Shown piece after piece: positions 62,301 through 64,000 of a stretch of 64,000 nucleotides of DNA. Position 1 is the first letter of the stretch, and the number at the start of each line of letters is the position of its first letter. The translations under genes were made by a program, and so were the position numbers. Source of the DNA: Cyanophora paradoxa CCMP329 (lineage: Eukaryota > Plantae > Glaucophyta); assembly GCA_004431415.1 (NCBI GenBank), contig QPMI01000507.1:1-64000 (forward strand). The letters are read 5' to 3'. The notes below the pieces were generated by a model. It did not search any database. It had not been told where the DNA came from and worked only from the letters and a program-made list of their open reading frames with translations.

Positions 62301-64000
62301 GGGGCGGACGCGGCGTGGAGGGCTGTGACGTCGCGGCAGACGACGAAGACCGTCTGCACGGCCTCCGAGCCCGGCGAGGCGGGGCACGCGCTCGCGTCCG
62401 GCCACACCGGCTCCGCGTGGATCTGCAGCCGCAGCGCCCGCCCCGCCCGGCTCGTCGCCGCCGTCTCCACCTGCGGCGAGGGGAAGGGTGAGGAGGGGGG
62501 GGGGGGGGAGATCCTGGGGCGGCGCGGACCTCGGCGCGCTCGCGGCGCTCGAGGGCGAGGGCGAGACGCTCGGCGGCCTCGGGGGGAAGGAGCCCCGGCG
62601 GGGGGAAGCGCCGCCCCAGGATCTCCCCCTTCTCCCACCCCGTCACCCCCTGCGCGCCCCGCCCCCGCGCCTCAGCGGATCGGAGGCGAGCGCGGCGGAG
62701 GGGAGCGCCGAGAGCAGGGCAGGACTAGAGGGCGTGTGGAGAAAGCGGGTGGGCTATGAAATGAAATGGGGCGGGGGCGGGGGCGGGGCGGGGCGGGGCG
62801 GGGCGGGCCGTCCAGGCGCGGTTGGAGTAGACTGCGGCGCCGTCGCGCGGGTCCACCACCGCGATCGCGTCCGAGAAGGCGTCCAGCGCCCTGCGCCCCC
62901 CCCGTGAGCACAAGGGTCGCGGCCCGGGGGGCGAGCCCTCGCCGCGGGGCGGGGCAGCACCTGAGGAGGACGCGCTCGGTGCGCTCGTTGGAGACGAGGC
63001 GCGCCTCCTGCGCCGCGATCGTCCGCTCCCGCGCCGCCAGCGCCTCCTCCCCCGCCCGCCGCTCTGCCCCGCCACGCCCCCGCCGTGAGCGGGCCGCTGC
63101 TCGCTCCTCGCAGCGCGCCCGCCGGGGCCGCGCCGGGCCGGGCCGCACCGTAGAGCTGGCCCAGGAGGGAGGCGATCGCCGCCAGCGTCCCCGCGTCTGC
63201 CCCGCCCCCGCCCTCAGGCGACGGCGGCGGGGCGGGGGCGGGGGCGAGCGGACCGGTCTCGCAGAAGCAGGCGACCCCGCAGCGCTCCGCCTCGATGGAG
63301 AGGGGGCCGGGCGCCCCGGCCCCCGCCGGCAGCACCTCCGCCCTGCCCGCCCGGCCCTCAGCGAGCGCGTCGGGGGCGCCGGGGCGGGCGCGCGGGGGCG
63401 GCACCGTGTGCGGTGGCGGCGGGCGGTGCAGGCGCCGACGCCGCGGGCGGCGCGGAGGGCGGCGCAGTCGCAGTGGGCGGGGCCTCGACCTCGCCGCCGG
63501 CGGGGCCGGGGGGCGGGGCGGGCCGGCCTCCAGGAGGCGGACCGAGTCGCAGGGGAGGGACTCGCGGGCCCCCTCGAGGCACGCCGCCACCGCCTCCTCG
63601 AACCCCTGCCCGCCCCCGGGCCGCCACGCCGCCACCAGCCGCTGCAGCCGCCCCACCGCCTGCCCCCCGGCCCCTCAGGCGCGGCGCGGCGCGGCGCGGG
63701 GCGGGGCGGGGCGGGGCGGACGCGGTGCTGGGCCTCGGCGCGCTGGGCGCGGCGGGCCTGCGCGGACTGCGCCATCAGCTGCACCGCCACCTGCGCACCG
63801 CCCCGAGCGCGCGCGCGCCGCGTCAGCGGCCGGGTTCTCGCCGGCTCGCGCGGGGCGGGGGCCCTCGCCTGGCCCATGTCCTCCAGCGCCTTCACTTGCT
63901 CCTCGCTCAGCTTCCGCGGCACTGCGCGCGCGCGCCGTCGCCATCGATTCGAGTCAGGTTTCGCGCCTTCTCGAGCTCGCCGCGGAGGTTGCGGAATGTT
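59323..64000 (-). CDS. Hybrid sensor histidine kinase (GAF end, PAS-like, HisKA, HATPase, pseudo-REC, REC); 5' part beyond the window
   Basis: [15 protein letters not shown] (GAF end). DAIAVVD..YSNRAW (PAS-like). [91 protein letters not shown]. Confidence 0.95.

Overview
GC-rich eukaryotic nuclear DNA, most likely a protist or alga. Composition, ~55-100 nt introns and an N-terminal 'MRVSAYV..' leader fit a glaucophyte such as Cyanophora, but that is inference. Genes are broken by many tiny introns, so the ORF track shows only exon fragments, and occasional 1-nt indels may be assembly errors. Left to right: an intron-containing DDE integrase-core (IS3EU-like) transposase; copy 1 of a type-I membrane surface protein with a 4.1-kb L1/Tx1 LINE in one intron; a young gag-only LTR retrotransposon (5-bp TSD) whose PBS has selenocysteine-tRNA geometry and whose 5' LTR is split by a Helitron/Helentron-like element; a second Helentron-like element; a methyltransferase, RING protein, TKL kinase and RNF123/KPC1; inverted copy 2 of the surface protein; MITEs; a MORN protein, SLC49/FLVCR MFS transporter, bacterial-type SAM methyltransferase, HAD-IIA hydrolase and secreted PLA2; a duplicated receiver-domain fragment; a multi-TM protein; Tc1/pogo and hAT MITEs; and a hybrid histidine kinase running off the right end. 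Most notable: (1) a mutational signature, seen by comparing paralogs, that repeatedly inserts ~6-nt palindrome-extending sequences; (2) hypervariable Cys-rich cassettes bounded by RxLL sites inside near-identical surface-protein paralogs; (3) an apparently tRNA-Sec-primed LTR element; (4) very frequent GC-AG introns with no polypyrimidine tract.
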